A DNA stretch of 64,000 nt from the human T2T-CHM13v2.0 reference genome, Homo sapiens (GCF_009914755.1 NC_060926.1), one strand, 5' to 3'. Positions 26,060 to 44,022 are shown, counted from the first letter of the stretch. Notes: generated by a model from the sequence alone, not told the origin. A program made the numbers and translations.

Positions 26060-28120
26060 GTGTTGCTTTAAATTACTATATCTTTACAGTCTGGGTATTA
26101 GTAGGGTTGGTCCCTTTCCACTTTCTTAGTATTCAGAATTGTTTTGCTATTCCTGCATATTCAAAATTTTGTTGGAAGTTTTAATAAATGGCATTATATG
26201 GATTTTATAGATTTATTTGAAGATAATTCCCATGTGTCTATTAATAAACGTTGGTTATAGCAAGATACTGTATTTTCTTTAATCAAGGGTTAAAATTTTC
26301 TCTCTAAGCTATTTTTTAGGATGACATTTTTAAGTCATTTGATTTCAGTCTTTCTTATTCTACCCTGTGTATATTTAAAGCTATCAATTTACTTCAAAAG
26401 CTAATTTATCTATGTGAGACTGTCTTAATGAATAAATTTCATACTTATCCTACTCTAAATCTATTAATTTTTATTGTGAGTTCTTCAGTAATTCATAAAG
26501 TATTTAGACTGGTATTATTTTTCAAATATTATGGCAAATTTAGTTTCTCTTTGACTATTTATAATTTCATTGCATTATATCCAACAAATTTCTCTCCTTG
26601 ACTCATATTCTTATTAACTGATTTTTCCATTTGTTGTTCATGTTTTGTGAAAGTAATTTGTCCTTATACTTTGAGACATTCTGTTTTTCACAAGTTTCTA
26701 GAGATTTGATTGTGATGTGCACCTTGGTATTGACTACATTGTTCTTTCCTACTTGTGGTTTGTTGCATTTTCTCATATTTATGAGTTCTATATTTATATC
26801 ATATTTGGAAAAGTTACATTCATTTCCTTACATATGTATATGTAATCCCCTATATTGCCTCCTCTTTCTGGGACTCCAATTTTACATATGCTAGCTACAT
26901 TATGCCACCTATATTTAATGACCCACAGATCAATAATGCTGTGTTTTTGTTTTTATTCCCTTCATTCTGTTTTTCTCGAGACTCCATTTAGATAGTTTGT
27001 AGAGTTGTATACTCATGGTTCATCATTCTTTCCCTCTGCCATGTTTAATATGCTATTAATCCCTTCCAGTGGTTTTCAAAAATTACTGATATGGTGTTTT
27101 ATTCTCTAGAAGTCTCATACATTTATTTTCATGTCATTTGTTTGGTATTCACTTCATTTTCATATTTTGTACATGATTAAACAGATGGATCATTTTCACA
27201 ATAGCTGTTTTACTGTCCTTTTCTGCTAATTCTATCATCTTTGCCATTTGTGAGTCAGTTTCTTTTGATTGATTTTTCTTCTAGTTATTAGTGATAATTT
27301 TAATTGTTCATTACTCTAGCACTTTTGAATTGGGTGTTGGACATTTGGAATTTTATCTTTTTGAATTCTGTATGTTGATTTATTTATATTTTTACCTGCC
27401 TCTAAAGAGTGAAAGAATGGTGAATTTGTTTTCCAACAGTCAGCTAAGTACTTTTGAATTAGACTGATCCTTTAGAAGTTTGTTTTTGGGTTTGTTTTGA
27501 GTATAATTATAGTAGTCTTTATACAGCTAGTTTCATGGACTGAAAGCCTGTTGTATTCAGGGAAGTCTGTGTACTCGCTGAAACTCAAACAATTCCTGGC
27601 TTTCTGTGACCTTTGAGGATTGTTCATATTATAGCTTCATATAATGATTTTTTCCTTCATATAATTGATTTTTGTTTACTCTTATGGGATTTCACACTAT
27701 GCATATTGGCATTCAGAGAAAGACTCATGGGCCCTTGCACAGATTTTCTGAGCTTTATAGTTTTGTAGATTTAGTTCTCTAGTTCTCTCTAATTCCCTGA
27801 ATAACAACTTCTGGCTTTCTCAGACTCTGCAAATTCAAAGCTCTGTTTTCTCAACTCACTGAGATTTCCCAGCTTGGTTTGAATTCTCCTGACTGGGTTG
27901 CAGCACAGAAATTACCTCTAGACAGAAAGACTAGGCAGTAGTTTAGCTCATCTATTTGTTTCCCTTTCTTGTGAATTACAGCTCTGTGCTGCCTGTAGTA
28001 CAACATCTGAAAATAGTGATTTACTCTGTTTTCTTCAGTTGTCTAGTTGTGGAAAGAGGATTATTTCGGAACATATTATTCCTTATGGCTAAAAAGCAGA
28101 AGTGCTCCCAATTGTTTCTC
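26060..28120 (-). mobile_element. Old L1M(E) fragments including ORF1/5' region
   Basis: T-rich; ctctttctgggactccaattttacatatg and tgctattaatcccttccagtgg ORF1-antisense landmarks. Confidence 0.7.
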
Positions 28121-28329
28121 TCTCCTTTTAAATTATGGTTATGCATTTTGTCAAGTATATTTAAAAGTGTTTTACCTTTTGTTCTATGTTTAGAGTTAGA
28201 GAACTACATGATGCTCACCCTCCCATTTTTGTCAGAATTCCTAGACTACTCTAGTTTTTTTTTCTCCAAGTGTTTTAAAATACATACTTGAGCCACACAA
28301 TTGGAACTCATATGTTCTGATGAAAAAGG

Positions 28330-28790
28330 ACTTTCTTAGCTATTAATTTAAAAATACAGAAACCTAATTCAACCCATATGAAGGGGAAAAGATAAAATTA
28401 ATATGTTTATGTTAGTAGTTTGAATTTTTTTGTTTTAAGTACTGCTTGATCCAGGGACACTAAAAGCATTTCTCTCTATCTCTGCCAGCTCCCCTCTCCC
28501 TCCCCCATTTTTGTTATTACTTGACTGTTCAGTCCCTTATTGCCTCTATTTGGCCTCATCTTCTGCTCCTACAATTACCAATGGGAGTCTATTAATGATC
28601 AATGAAGTCCTAGTGGATACAGCATCTCCCTTTTCCATGCGGCAGTTTCAGGGAAGTCCTCTTATTGAACTTCTTTTCTGTAGGCATTCCAGGAAGGGAT
28701 ATTATAATTAGCCTGTCCTAAGTCACATGACCATCATGTGCAATGGATTTGTAGGTAGTTACACAAAGGAACAAATGTTCCATCTGTCCT
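28330..28790 (-). mobile_element. Old MLT1 LTR remnant
   Basis: acagaaacctaattcaa...gcttgatccaggg...agtcacatgaccatc. Confidence 0.5.
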
Positions 28791-29510
28791 TGTGTTGCCA
28801 GGATTTGTCTGTTTGTATAACCAGATACAAATCATCCACTGCTTTGTATTTGTGACACACATTTCAGTCATACTTGATTTCTGAAAAATGTATACACTCA
28901 TTAAAGACTCAGATTATATTTTATAAGTCAGTGAAAAATATCCCAAGAAGGTCTAAAATTAAAATAGAAACATTATGGTCACAGCTTTTGTTTCCAGGCT
29001 TATTTCTTACTAAGTCTCCAACTTAAAGAGCTGTTACAATCAGATTGCTCTATTCACTGGCTACTGAAACATGTCCCATGCTTTCCTCGGCCTCATTTCT
29101 CCTACCACCCTTCCTACCTAAATGCCTCCAAATTCCCTACATTCTCAGCCAATGAAAAATTCTACACAGTCTTCAATACTCACTCTACAAAGCCTTACCT
29201 ATTCACCTGGGCTTAAAATAATCTGTTTTTCTTCCTCTGAAATTCCTTAAGTGTCAAAGGCATTCCTTTGGCACTTAGTGATGCTAGTTATCCTTTTTCT
29301 AAATGTAGTTCACTTATCTTACCTACTAGGTTATGAACTTTTTTAGGTTAGACATTTTTTATCTATATTTAACATGTGGATCGTAAAATTAAGAGGACAA
29401 ATTTCAGAGTCAGAAAACTGGGTTTGAGTTCAAATGTAACCCCTCATTCTATGTAAGATATTTTTGAGTGTGTCCCTTAATAGTTCACACAGAGTATCTA
29501 TGTTTGTCAT

Positions 29511-30464
29511 TGTATTAGTTTGTTTTCACACTGCTAAAAAGATATTACCTGAGATTGGGTAAGTTATAAAGGGGGTTTAATTAACTCACAGTTCCATATG
29601 GCTGGAGAGGCCTCAGGAAAATTACAATCATGGTGGAAGGTGAAGTGGAAGCAAGGCACATCTAACATGGCAGGAGGAAAGAGAGAGTGAGAGAAGTGCC
29701 ACACTTTAAAACCATCAGCTCTAGTGAGAACACACTCACTATCACAAGAACAGCATGGGGGAAACCTCCCCCATGATCCAGTCACCTCCCACCAAGATCC
29801 TCCGTCAACACTTGATACATGGGTATTACAAATCCAGATGAGATTTGGGTGGGAACACAGAGCCCTACCATATCATTCTGCCCTTGACCCCTCCCATATC
29901 TCATGTTCTTTTCACATTTCAAAACCAACCACACCTTCCCAACAGTCCCACAATGTCTTAACTCATTCCAGCATTGACTCAAAAGTCCAAGTCCAAAGTC
30001 TCATCTGAGAGAAGGCAAGTCCCTTCTGCTTGCAAACCTGTAAAATTAAAAGCAGGTTAGGTACCAAGCCCCACTACCTTGGTACCAATTTTCTGTATTA
30101 GTCTGTTTTCACATTGCTATAAAGGTACTACCTGAGACTGGGTAATTTTTAAAGGAAAGAGGTTTAATAATTGACTCACAGTTCCACATGGCTGGGAGGC
30201 ATCAGGAAACTTACAATCATGGCAGAAGGCAAAGGAAAAGCCAGGCACATCTTACATGGCAGCAGGAGAGACAGAGCAAGAGAGTGAAGAAGGGCCACAC
30301 TTGAATACCATCAGCTCTAGTGAGAATTCACTGACTATCATGAGAACAGCATGGGGTAAACTGCCCCCATGATCCAATCACCTCCCACCAGGTCCCTCCG
30401 TCAACAGGTGAGGATTACAATGCAAGATGAGATTTGGGTGGGGACACAGAGCCAAACCATATCA
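29511..30464 (-). mobile_element. THE1D/MSTA MaLR provirus: LTR (29511-29875), 218-bp deleted internal region, LTR (30094-30464)
   Basis: Two homologous LTRs tgtattagt...accatatca; internal ends retained; perfect TSD gtcat (29506-29510, 30465-30469). Confidence 0.93.
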
Positions 30465-31049
30465 GTCATATAGAGATGATATCTGTCTTCATTCTTTAAA
30501 ACACCTTTGCTTATAATACAGGGTAATTTTCTTAAAATAAACCTTTTTTTTTTTTTGCCTTCTTGCAACTAGTACTAGGCCTCATACCCAGCCAGAGCTG
30601 AGCACATAGTTATTGATTGATTGCATATTATAAATTAAGCAAGACTCCTACTTGACATCTCAGAGATTTTTTACTTCAATATATTCAGTTTAACACATTT
30701 AGATGGGAAATTAAAATGCAGAAAGAATCAGATTACATTTTGCTTGATTTTTGCTATTCTCAGCTAATTTTTTCAATGGACTTAAAATCTGAGGTTACAG
30801 CTTTTTAGCGTGACTATAATGATGATGCTTTATTTTTATTTTATCAAAGAATATATGACTATAATGGTTTTATAATGTTTATTGGTAAATAGTTGTTGGG
30901 CCTATCAACACAAACATTTTCTAAATAGCATAGTTTTAGGTCATGACTGTTGCTCATTTTTTTTCTTTACTCAAAACTGGGCTAAAGCTTGGGAAAAAAA
31001 GAGGAAAATTTACAATTATATTTTACCCATATCATCATGGCAGAAGAGA

Positions 31050-31260
31050 ATTATGTTAATAATACCCACCATTTATTAGGATTCTTTACTTATACAAATC
31101 ATCTCAAAGACAGAAAGAAGTTTCATAATTCCATTATTAAAGTGATGAATTTAAGGCTCATAGAATTTAGGTAAGTCAAGTAAAAGTGCTTGCTGCTGGA
31201 TCAGAACCCAAATGGTTTTGATTCTGATTCAGTATTCACACTGCCACTCTACTACCATTT
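31050..31260 (-). mobile_element. MIR remnant
   Basis: ccattattaaagtgatgaatttaaggctcatagaatttagg...tcagaaccca. Confidence 0.55.
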
Positions 31261-33127
31261 CATTACCCTCCATGAAAAGGCTTCACTAAAAGGTTCTATA
31301 AACAACCCTACTACAAAACGATTTTGAAGAGAGGATCTCTAAAATAGCCTCTTTTTTTAAGGAAGAAATTTTTATCCCAAGAGGATATTTGCTTGTATCA
31401 TTCATCCTGAAGATCTGCTGTTTTTTCAAATAATCTGATGTTTCTACCTTGCATTTGCAACATCAAAATCCTTTCCTCAGTGTCTGTAGTGTTATCACAA
31501 ATAGAAGATTACAACATGAGGACTGAATGAAGCAGGAGGAGAAAATAAACTCTAAAGAAACAAAGATCTCATTTTCATAGTAATTTTCCATGCCGTGTGT
31601 AACAAAGCACTTGGAGGCAAAGCACATGATCCAGCCTTGTGATATAGCCCTTAGGAAATATCCTTGTATAAATTAACTGTATGTGACATCAGTCACTATT
31701 TTTAACATCAGTTAGACTATCAGTCAAGCATCTTTCACTAAAAAACCAAACCAAAAGCAGATATTAGTCTGAAGACTGGAACAAATAGTGAAAGAAAAAA
31801 ACATTATATTTTTAATTTATTTATGTGACCAAATTTGTGGTGAACTCTGAGAGTTATTTTTTGTTATTATTCTTAAGGTAATTTTTAAAGTTCTACTTAT
31901 TCTTTATAGTGTCCATATTATATATAATTTAACTACCAACCTGTCCTTCTTTCCCATATGTTTATAAACTTTTAATATAGAAATGTTCTTTTATGTAAAC
32001 TGAAATTCCAATACCAAATATTGGCCTATAATAGGTCACTCACTTTGACTGTTGAAATAAATATAATTTTATACATTTAGTCTTTTATTTATTTTTATTA
32101 AACACATCTCTATTTAAATATTCCAAAATATTAATTTGTTTAAGGTTATTTTGCTAGGCAATAATTGTAAATAATTATAGTTTCTTTTATAACGAACCTT
32201 ACTACATATCTACAAATAGCACAAATGTAATATTAAGTGGATGCGGTAAAAATCTAGAATGGTCTAAGTATTTTTTTCATGTTTTTACCGAGATACATTA
32301 TTATATTTCTTTTACAGTTATATTGTATAAAAATGGATATTTCCAACTGAACTTGTGATGTATTAATCTCATAATCAGAATTTTGTGGAATGGGTATATA
32401 TTTACATAATATAATTTTCTTGTTGAATTTCTGCTTATAAATGTGCTAAAGTCCCATCAAATAAACATAAAGCAAAGTAAAACAACAATAACAACAAATG
32501 TGTAGCTTTCTCTGGCACCATGGCAAATGGTTAACTTGGACAAGTTAACCAACTCTAATTTATTCAATTAAAGCAATAAAATCACTATTGATAGATTTTT
32601 TTTTAAAGGGAGACTCAAACAGAAGTCAACTAGTATGAAACTCAAGAGGCAGATGGGAAAACATCATAGATCTAGCCTGCTTGTAACCCCTTAAGCTAAT
32701 TTCTCTCAGCCTGAGACCTCATAAATGCAGGGTGTAAACAAACACAGGCATTAGAATCCATCAAGAAAACAGACCTGCTCATTGCTCTTATTCCTCATCT
32801 TTCTAAATGATGTTTGCCCATTTCCTCTTCTTATTAGTCTTCTCAAAGTTGCTTATCACAGTGATTTAGGGTTTTCATAAGAAAGTTATTTATTTCACAT
32901 ATTTTCCTTGGCTCCTTTTTGGAGTGGAAACTTTACTATTCTTAGGGTGATCATACAACCCAGTTTGCTTTGGACTATCCTGTTTTATACCTGTTTTCCT
33001 GTTCTCATGATTATTAGCACTTTGTGTTCTTTTACACATCTCCCATTCTGTGGTTACAAATTATATGATTTCTCCATCCAAAATCACTAACCTTAAGACC
33101 ATTGATTTTACACTATCCTAATCTGGT

Positions 33128-33504
33128 GATATTAGTCCATTCTCACACTGTTATAAGGACATACCCAGGACTGGGTAATTTATAAAGGAAAGAAGTTTAA
33201 TTAACTCACAGTTCTGCAGGGCTAGGGAGGCCTCAAAAAACTTACAATCATGGCAGAGGGGGAAGTAAACACATCCTTCTTCACAAGGGAGCTGGAGAGA
33301 GAAGAATGAGAGCTAAGCAAAGGGGGAAGCCTCTTATAATACCGTCAGATCTCCTGAGAACTGACTCACTGTATGAGAATAGTGTTGGGGAAACTACCCC
33401 CATAATTAAATTACCTCCCACCAGGTCCCTCCCAGGACATGTGGGGATTATGGGAACTACAATTCAAGATGATATTTGGGTGGGGACACAGCCAAACCAT
33501 ATCA
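33128..33504 (-). mobile_element. THE1C/D solo LTR
   Basis: tattagtccattctcacactg...ggggacacagccaaaccatatca. Confidence 0.9.
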
Positions 33505-33539
33505 TCAACATACAAGACACATATGCCTAAACAGCACCT

Positions 33540-33615
33540 TCTTTCTATCTCTCTGTCTCTCTCTCTCTTTCTCTCTTTCTTTATTTCTCTCTCTCTCACA
33601 CATACGCACACACAT
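33540..33615. repeat. (CT)n-(CA)n compound microsatellite
   Basis: Direct reading. Confidence 0.9.
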
Positions 33616-33737
33616 AAGAATGCAGCTGAGTTGAAAAGAATGATTAGAGAAGAAAGATAGGTATCTGGAGAGGTTCAGGGTATAAGGTAGGCGTTAATCT
33701 GAACATTGATAATTGAAAGAAATAAAACATTATTTCC

Positions 33738-35391
<1,654 letters not shown>

Positions 35392-35439
35392 AAATAAAAC
35401 ATTATTTCCAAAAGGGAAAAAAAGACTGTTTTGTTTTTT

Positions 35440-35888
35440 AAAAAAATTCCCATGAGTTCTGTAACAAATTAGCACCAAGTTTGTCTTAAAATAACAAAAT
35501 ACATTTTCTTACAGATCTGTATGTCACAAGTCCAAATTTAGAGTTGCAGGACTAAAATCAAGATGTCAGCAGGACTGGTTCTTTCTGGATCCTCTAAAGT
35601 AAAATACATCTCTTGCCTCTTTCAGCTTCTAGAGGATACCAGCATTCCTTGACCGATGACCAAATCACTATAACCTTTTCTCCATTGTTACACGATATTC
35701 TTTGCTACTTTGACACTCTTACCTCCCTCTTATAAGAGTGTTTGTGATTATATTGGGTCAATCCAGATAATCCAGGCTAATTCCTGCTTCTCAAAACTAT
35801 TAATCACATCTGCAACCGTCCTTTGCCATGTAAGGTAACACATTCAGGGGTGTAAACATTTTCATGCGCAATTATTCAGTCTACCATA
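35440..35888 (-). mobile_element. MLT1D LTR
   Basis: ctgtaacaaattag...aaatcaagatgtcagcagg...ttgccatgtaaggtaaca...attattcagtctaccata. Confidence 0.85.
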
Positions 35889-36885
35889 GAATACATTCTA
35901 GCTTTAAAGATTTACGTTCTTCACACATGTAAAATATGCTTAGTATAATTACTCTCTCTTTATCGACCTGTGGAAGTAGAAAACAAGTTATCTATTCCCA
36001 AAATACAATGGTAAAAGAGGCATAAGAGAACAGTCATAGAAATTCCCCGTCAAAAGGGGAGAAATAAAACATGAAAGAAGTCACTACAAGAAATATTGAA
36101 ATCTAACAGGGCAAAACTCCAGTAGATTTCAAAGCCTGGGTATAATCTGCTGTGACTCATTTCTCTGCCCTCTGGGCTCACAGAGCTGGCCTTGGAGACA
36201 TATTCCTTTTTATTAAAGGTAGCAAATGTTTGCAGCTGAGTTGTTTTATCAGCCTATTTTCTGCCTATAGAACTGTGAGATTCCTATAGGCTTCTTTCAT
36301 TCTGTTTCTTCTCTGACTCTTTCAGTCTCAGCTGGCAGTGTTTCTGCTGGTATAAATTTCTCAAAAATATTATGGTTTTCTCATGCATTTCACAGAAATA
36401 TACTCCATTAGACAAAGAGATTCTCCACAGATCTTTCCTAAATTATTTTATCTCTAGTTTTTTACTTCTGCTTAATTGGCTGAGGGATCCATGAATCATA
36501 CACCTAATGTCTTCAAAGAGCCCTCTGTGTGACAGAACACTCTGACTTTTTTATATTTTCAAAGTTATAACCTAAGGTTTTCCAGCCATCCCTTTTATTT
36601 CCTCCTCTTGTGATCATAATTTACTGTCAGTGATTTTCTTAATTTTAGCATTTTCTGCAATCTGGACATGCTGAGAAATTCCTAAATCATTTAGTCCATA
36701 TTCCTTTGTGTTTAATATTTTTTCCCTCAATTTTTATATTTCCTCTGTCACATTACTATAAAAAAATAAGAAATAACAAGGATGCTTCATCAACAATTTG
36801 CTTGGAAATCTCAGCTAAATATCCAAGTGCCTCACTTACAAGTTCTGTTTTCTATGCTTTCTATAAGACAAAATGCAGCTAAGTA
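35889..36885 (-). mobile_element. MLT1 internal region attached to the LTR
   Basis: aaaacaagttatct...caaaatacaatgg...tttgcttggaaatctcagctaaatatccaag. Confidence 0.7.
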
Positions 36886-37800
36886 AGAAAACGTACTAGA
36901 GATTATGTTAATAGAGATAGGATAAATCAGAAAGGAAAGATGAAGAAAAGTATAGAGCTACAGCTTCATTTGTGTTTTCAAACATGCTCTAATTACCTAA
37001 GTGGAACTAAAATCTGTGCATATGAAGATAAATAATAAGCCCTCTCTGCTTTCCTAGAGTTCTTGGCCTAGTGAAAAGAACAGATGAGTACAAGTGACAT
37101 GAAATATGCATTTATTCTTACACTTTAGGTTGCATATCTACTACCAGAGTAATTTAAGCACAATGTTCACATATTTACTATAGGTTATCATCCAGCTGTA
37201 GGAATAATGAAATGGAATCCACAGTACATAACAGTCTTTCTAAGAATTCCTCTTTACACATCACTTCTGCACTAAGTACCCATGCTCAAGGAAAATCACC
37301 ATACGCTCACTTTTTCTCTTTTGCTCTTCTATTCACCACTCTTTCTTGCAATAGTTTCTAATCTCCAGACTCACTCCATCCCTTTCTCATGCGTTACTTT
37401 CATAGCAGGTTGGCATGCTATTGGCTTCTGCTATTCTTCGCTTAATTTGTAAACCTAATAGATATGCCAGGAAAGAAAAGAAATGATTAAAAATAAAAAT
37501 AATGTAATTATCTCCCCATTACTCAATCAAAAAGGTTAATCAGGCTATAATATATAACACATAGGACACAGAAAGCATAGTAAATTTCAAGGAATATTTT
37601 GGGAGCATCTAGCTCAAGCTGAATGCTTCAGTAACTAAGTTTATGTGGGAAAAGTGATGATAATTAAGATTTTTCATAATTAAGATATTTTATCAAACAA
37701 ATATTAAATTGGGAGGAAGGTTGAGGAGGTTTTGCATTGCAGGAATAGCATGTCTAAATACTATGTCTTTGGTAAACGTCATCTTTTTTATCATAATTAC

Positions 37801-39744
37801 TTTTTAATTTTATTTTTACATTATTTTAGATTCAGGGGGTACATGTGTGGGTTTGCTACCTGCGTATATTGTGTGACAGTGCTGAGGTTTCAACTTCTAT
37901 TTGAACCTCTTGCCCAAATAGTGAACGCAGTAGCTTATAGGCAGTTTTTCAGCATTTGCCCCCTTCTTCTCTTCCACCTTTTGAAGTCCCCAGTGTCTAT
38001 GATTTCCATCTTTATGTCTGTGTGGACTCAATATTCATCTTCCCCTTATAAGAGTAAACACGTGATATTTGATTTTCTGTTTCTACGTTAATGCACCTAA
38101 GGATAATGGCCTCCAGCTACATCTATATTGCTGCAAAGAACATAATTTTTTATGGCTGCATAGTATTTCATGGTTTATATATACCACATTTTCTTTATCC
38201 AATCCACCACTGATGAACATCCAGGCTGATTTTATCTCTTTTCTATTGTGAATAGTGATGCAATAAAGATATGAGTGCAGGTGTCCTTTTGGTAGTGCTT
38301 TTTTTTTTTTTTTTTGTCAGTGGGTGATATATACCCAGTAATGGAATTGCGGGGTCAAACTGCTTTCCACAGGGGCTGAAATAATTTACATTCTCACTAA
38401 CGGTGTAAAATCATTCTTTTTTCTTTGCAACCTCCCCAGTATCTTTTTTTAAAGCTTTTTGATAACAGTCATTCTGACTTGTGTAAGATGGTATCTTATT
38501 ATGGTTTTGATTTGCACTTCTCTAATTATTAGTGATGTTGAGCATTTTTTCATATTTGTGTTAGCTGCTTGTATGCCTTCTTTTGAGAAGTATCTGTCCA
38601 TATGTTTTGCCTAGTTTTTAAAATGAAGTTGTTTTTTTCTTGTTGATTTATCCAAGTTCTTTATAGAATCTGATTGTTAGTCTTTTGTCAGATGCATAGT
38701 TTGCAAATATTTTCTCCAATTCTATAGGTTGTCTGTGTACTCTGCCGATAGTTTCTTTTGCTGCGCCCAAGCTCTTTAGTTTAATCAGCTCCCGCTTGAC
38801 CATTTTTGTTTTTGTTTCATTTGCTTGTAAGGCCTTAGTCATAAATCATTTCCCTAGGCCAATGTCCAGAAAAGTATTTCCCAAGTTTTCTTCTAGAATT
38901 TTTATAGCATTAGGTCTTGCATTTAAGTGTCTAATCCATCATAAGTTAAGTTGTGCATATGGTGAGAGGTATGGATTTACTTTCATTCTTCTGCATATGA
39001 TTAGTCAGTTTTTCCAGCACCGTTTTTCGAATAGCATGTCTTTTCCTCATTGTTTTTGTCAACTTTCTGGAAGATTGTTTAGTTATAAGTGTCTAGCTTT
39101 AATTCTGGCTCTCTATTTTGTCTTATTGGTTTATATCTAATTTTTGTGCCAGTACCAGGCTGTTTTGGTTACTGTAGCCTGGTATAATAGTATAGTTTGA
39201 AGTCAGATAATGTTATTACTCCGACTTTGTTATTTTTGCTTAGGATGCTTTGGCTATCTGGACTCATTTTTGGCCCTCTATAAATTTTAGAATTTTTTTT
39301 TAGTTCCATGAAAAATGACATTGGTAATTTGAATTTTGCTGAATCTCTAGATTGCTTTGGGTAATATTAACAGATTAATTATATTGATTTTTCCAATCCA
39401 TGAGCATAGAATTTTTTCCATTTGTTTGTATAATCTGTGATTTCCTTCAGCAGTGTTTTGTAGTTCTCTTTACAGAGATCTTTCACTTCCATTGTTAGAT
39501 GTGTTTTTAGGTATTTTATTTTGTGCATGTGGCTATTTCAAATGGAATTTGTTCTTGATTTAGTTCTCAGATTGAATGTTGTTAATATACAGAAATGAAA
39601 CTGATTTTTGTGCATTGATTTTGTACCCTGAAACTTTACTGAAGTGGTTTATCCATTCTAGGAGTCTTTTGGAGAAATTTTTAGAGTTTTCTCATTATAA
39701 AATTGTACCATCAGTGAACAGAGATACTTTGACTTTCTATTTTT

Positions 39745-39748
<4 letters not shown>
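37801..39748 (-). mobile_element. L1PA16-like 3' 2 kb
   Basis: ttagattcagggggtacatgtg...cccaaatagtgaac...gtccccagtgtcta, continuing into antisense ORF2. Confidence 0.9.
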
Positions 39749-41940
<2,192 letters not shown>

Positions 41941-41944
41941 TGTG

Positions 41945-42331
41945 AATACATAAAAGAGGAAGAGGATATGTAGGTCAGAAAGATGGCAGCATGAGAAATA
42001 TTTCACCAATTGTGCTTGCTTTGGTGATGGAGGAAGAAGGTCATGATCAAAGCCTATGGAAGCCTCTAAGTGCTGAGAATGGCCTTCAGCTTACAGTCAA
42101 TAATAAAATGGATCATTCTTACACTCAGAAACAACTGAATTATCCTAACCATACACATGAGCAGAAAACAGATTATTTTTGCTCCCTCTGGAAAGGAATT
42201 CAACATATTGAAACATGGATTTTAGTGCTGTATGGTTCCATGGAAAGAGTTGTAAGATTATGAAGTTTTGTTGTTTTAAGCCACTGAATTTGTGGTATTT
42301 GTTATAGCTGTGATTAAAAAAAACTAATATG
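41945..42331 (+). mobile_element. MLT1D/E LTR lacking its 5' part
   Basis: gcctctaagtgctgagaatggcc...gttgttttaagccactgaatttgtgg...aaactaata. Confidence 0.8.
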
Positions 42332-42872
42332 AACTTATTTTTTTTTTACATTTCTGAAAACAGCTGCACTTATACCTATAAAAAAAACAGTGCCCAAGCT
42401 AAGAATGTAATGGTTGAGATGGGTCAGGTCATAATTATTAAAAGAGAGTCAATTGAGCCTACTGTTGGATGAATTAAGTACAAAAAATAAAATGTCAAGA
42501 ATAGATTCCAGTTTTATTGTTCTTATTTTGTTACTGAATAGAGTTAGAGACCTTTCCATTGACTGAGACAAAGGAGATTATCAGGCTTGGTGTAGGAGAC
42601 CAAAAAATAAGTTTGATTACAGTAAAATCAACATGTTTATGTAACATCCAACTAGGGACATCTCATTAGATAGGTGTATAGGTCTGGCGATTATCAAAAT
42701 TTTTATTTTATATATCTATATTGCTATGTCTATATGAATTGACATGTAGACATGAATATAAATATATAGATATAGAACTATAGATATAGACCTCTATATA
42801 TAGAAAAGTAGATATAGATATAGATTATATATAGATTATATATAATATATATATTATTTATAATATATATAA

Positions 42873-43060
42873 TATATAATATATATTATATAATATATCT
42901 ATATATAGATATAGATTATATATAATATATATTATATAATATATCTATATATAGGTATAGATTATATATAATATATATTATATAATATATCTATATATAG
43001 ATATAGATTATATATAATATATATTATATAATATATCTATATATAGATATAGATTATATA
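42873..43060. repeat. 46-bp TA-rich minisatellite (about 4 copies) within a TA low-complexity tract 42710-43190
   Basis: Unit atatatagatatagattatatataatatatattatataatatatct at 42901, 42947, 42993, plus partial copies. Confidence 0.95.
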
Positions 43061-43066
43061 TCTATA

Positions 43067-43130
43067 TCTGAAATTTAACTATTATATACTAAGGATTCAT
43101 AAGGATCAGAGTTCACAGACTAAGTCTGAA
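43067..43130 (+). repeat. Dispersed 64-bp duplicate of 45840-45903
   Basis: 62/64 identical, same orientation. Confidence 0.97.
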
Positions 43131-43649
43131 TATATATATATAGGTATATAATCTATATAGATTATAGATTATATAAAATCAGTTATATAACTTTTATTTG
43201 AAGCTATGAAAGTGGATTGGAATCTAGGCAGGGAGAGGAGGCAGTTTGAAGTTATGTCCAACAATAGCAGAGACGTTGATAGGGATGGTGGCCAAAAATA
43301 AATAGTTATCAGGGAGATTGTAGAGTATCCAGTTAGGAACAAAATAAGATTACAAATTTGAACAAATTACAGTGTTGAGAGTTTCAAAAAGTGATTGTTG
43401 GTCAAAAATATCATAAATAGTTTTCAAGTTACATAAAATAAAGGCTCAAACTCTTTCAACTAGACAAAAATTAAAGTATTTGTCACTAGGAAAACACAAT
43501 TAGATGACAGAGGGAATAAAACTGACTTTGGAAGCTGGAGAATAAAATAATAATTAATTAATAGAAGACACATGTGTAGATAACTCTCTCAAGTGAGAAA
43601 TTGAGCAGAGCAATAGGACTGTAACTAGTGTCCAGGAAGGAATTGGCTT

Positions 43650-44022
43650 CTGCATTATTTTGTATAAATACCCACATCTTAATAGAGATAAAATTTTATA
43701 TCTTACTCACATAACAATCCACCTTAGGTATTTATTTGTAGTCTTGTAGTGTTCCAGGAACCCATTTTCCTTCCATTTTGTGGCTCATATGCCTTATGGT
43801 CTTAGACTCATTTCCGCCTTCTCTATTAGAAATCACATTCATTTCTTAACCATTTCAGCTCTGATGTGGTGATGTGGCATCCATCATTTCCTCCGCACTC
43901 CCATTGGATGGAATCCAGTCACATGTCACTATTAACTGTGAGGGCAGCCAAAAAATATAGTCTAATTTTTTTGGTAAGAAACAAAAATAATAATTTGGGT
44001 AAAAATGTAGTCACTGTCTATC
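43650..44022 (-). mobile_element. Old MLT1 (J/K-like) LTR
   Basis: ccaggaacccattttccttcc...cccattggatggaatccagtcacatg...aaatatagtct. Confidence 0.6.

Larger units (their letters stand above)
42400..43640 (-). mobile_element. L2 remnant interrupted by a TA-rich tract
   Basis: gtcaagaatagattccag...gacatctcattagataggtg before the tract; tatttgaagctatgaaagtggat after it. Confidence 0.5.

Noticed and set aside
32528-32551. Perfect 11-bp inverted repeat tggttaacttg-ga-caagttaacca
   Set aside because: Short and apparently derived from a decayed MIR core; no functional context
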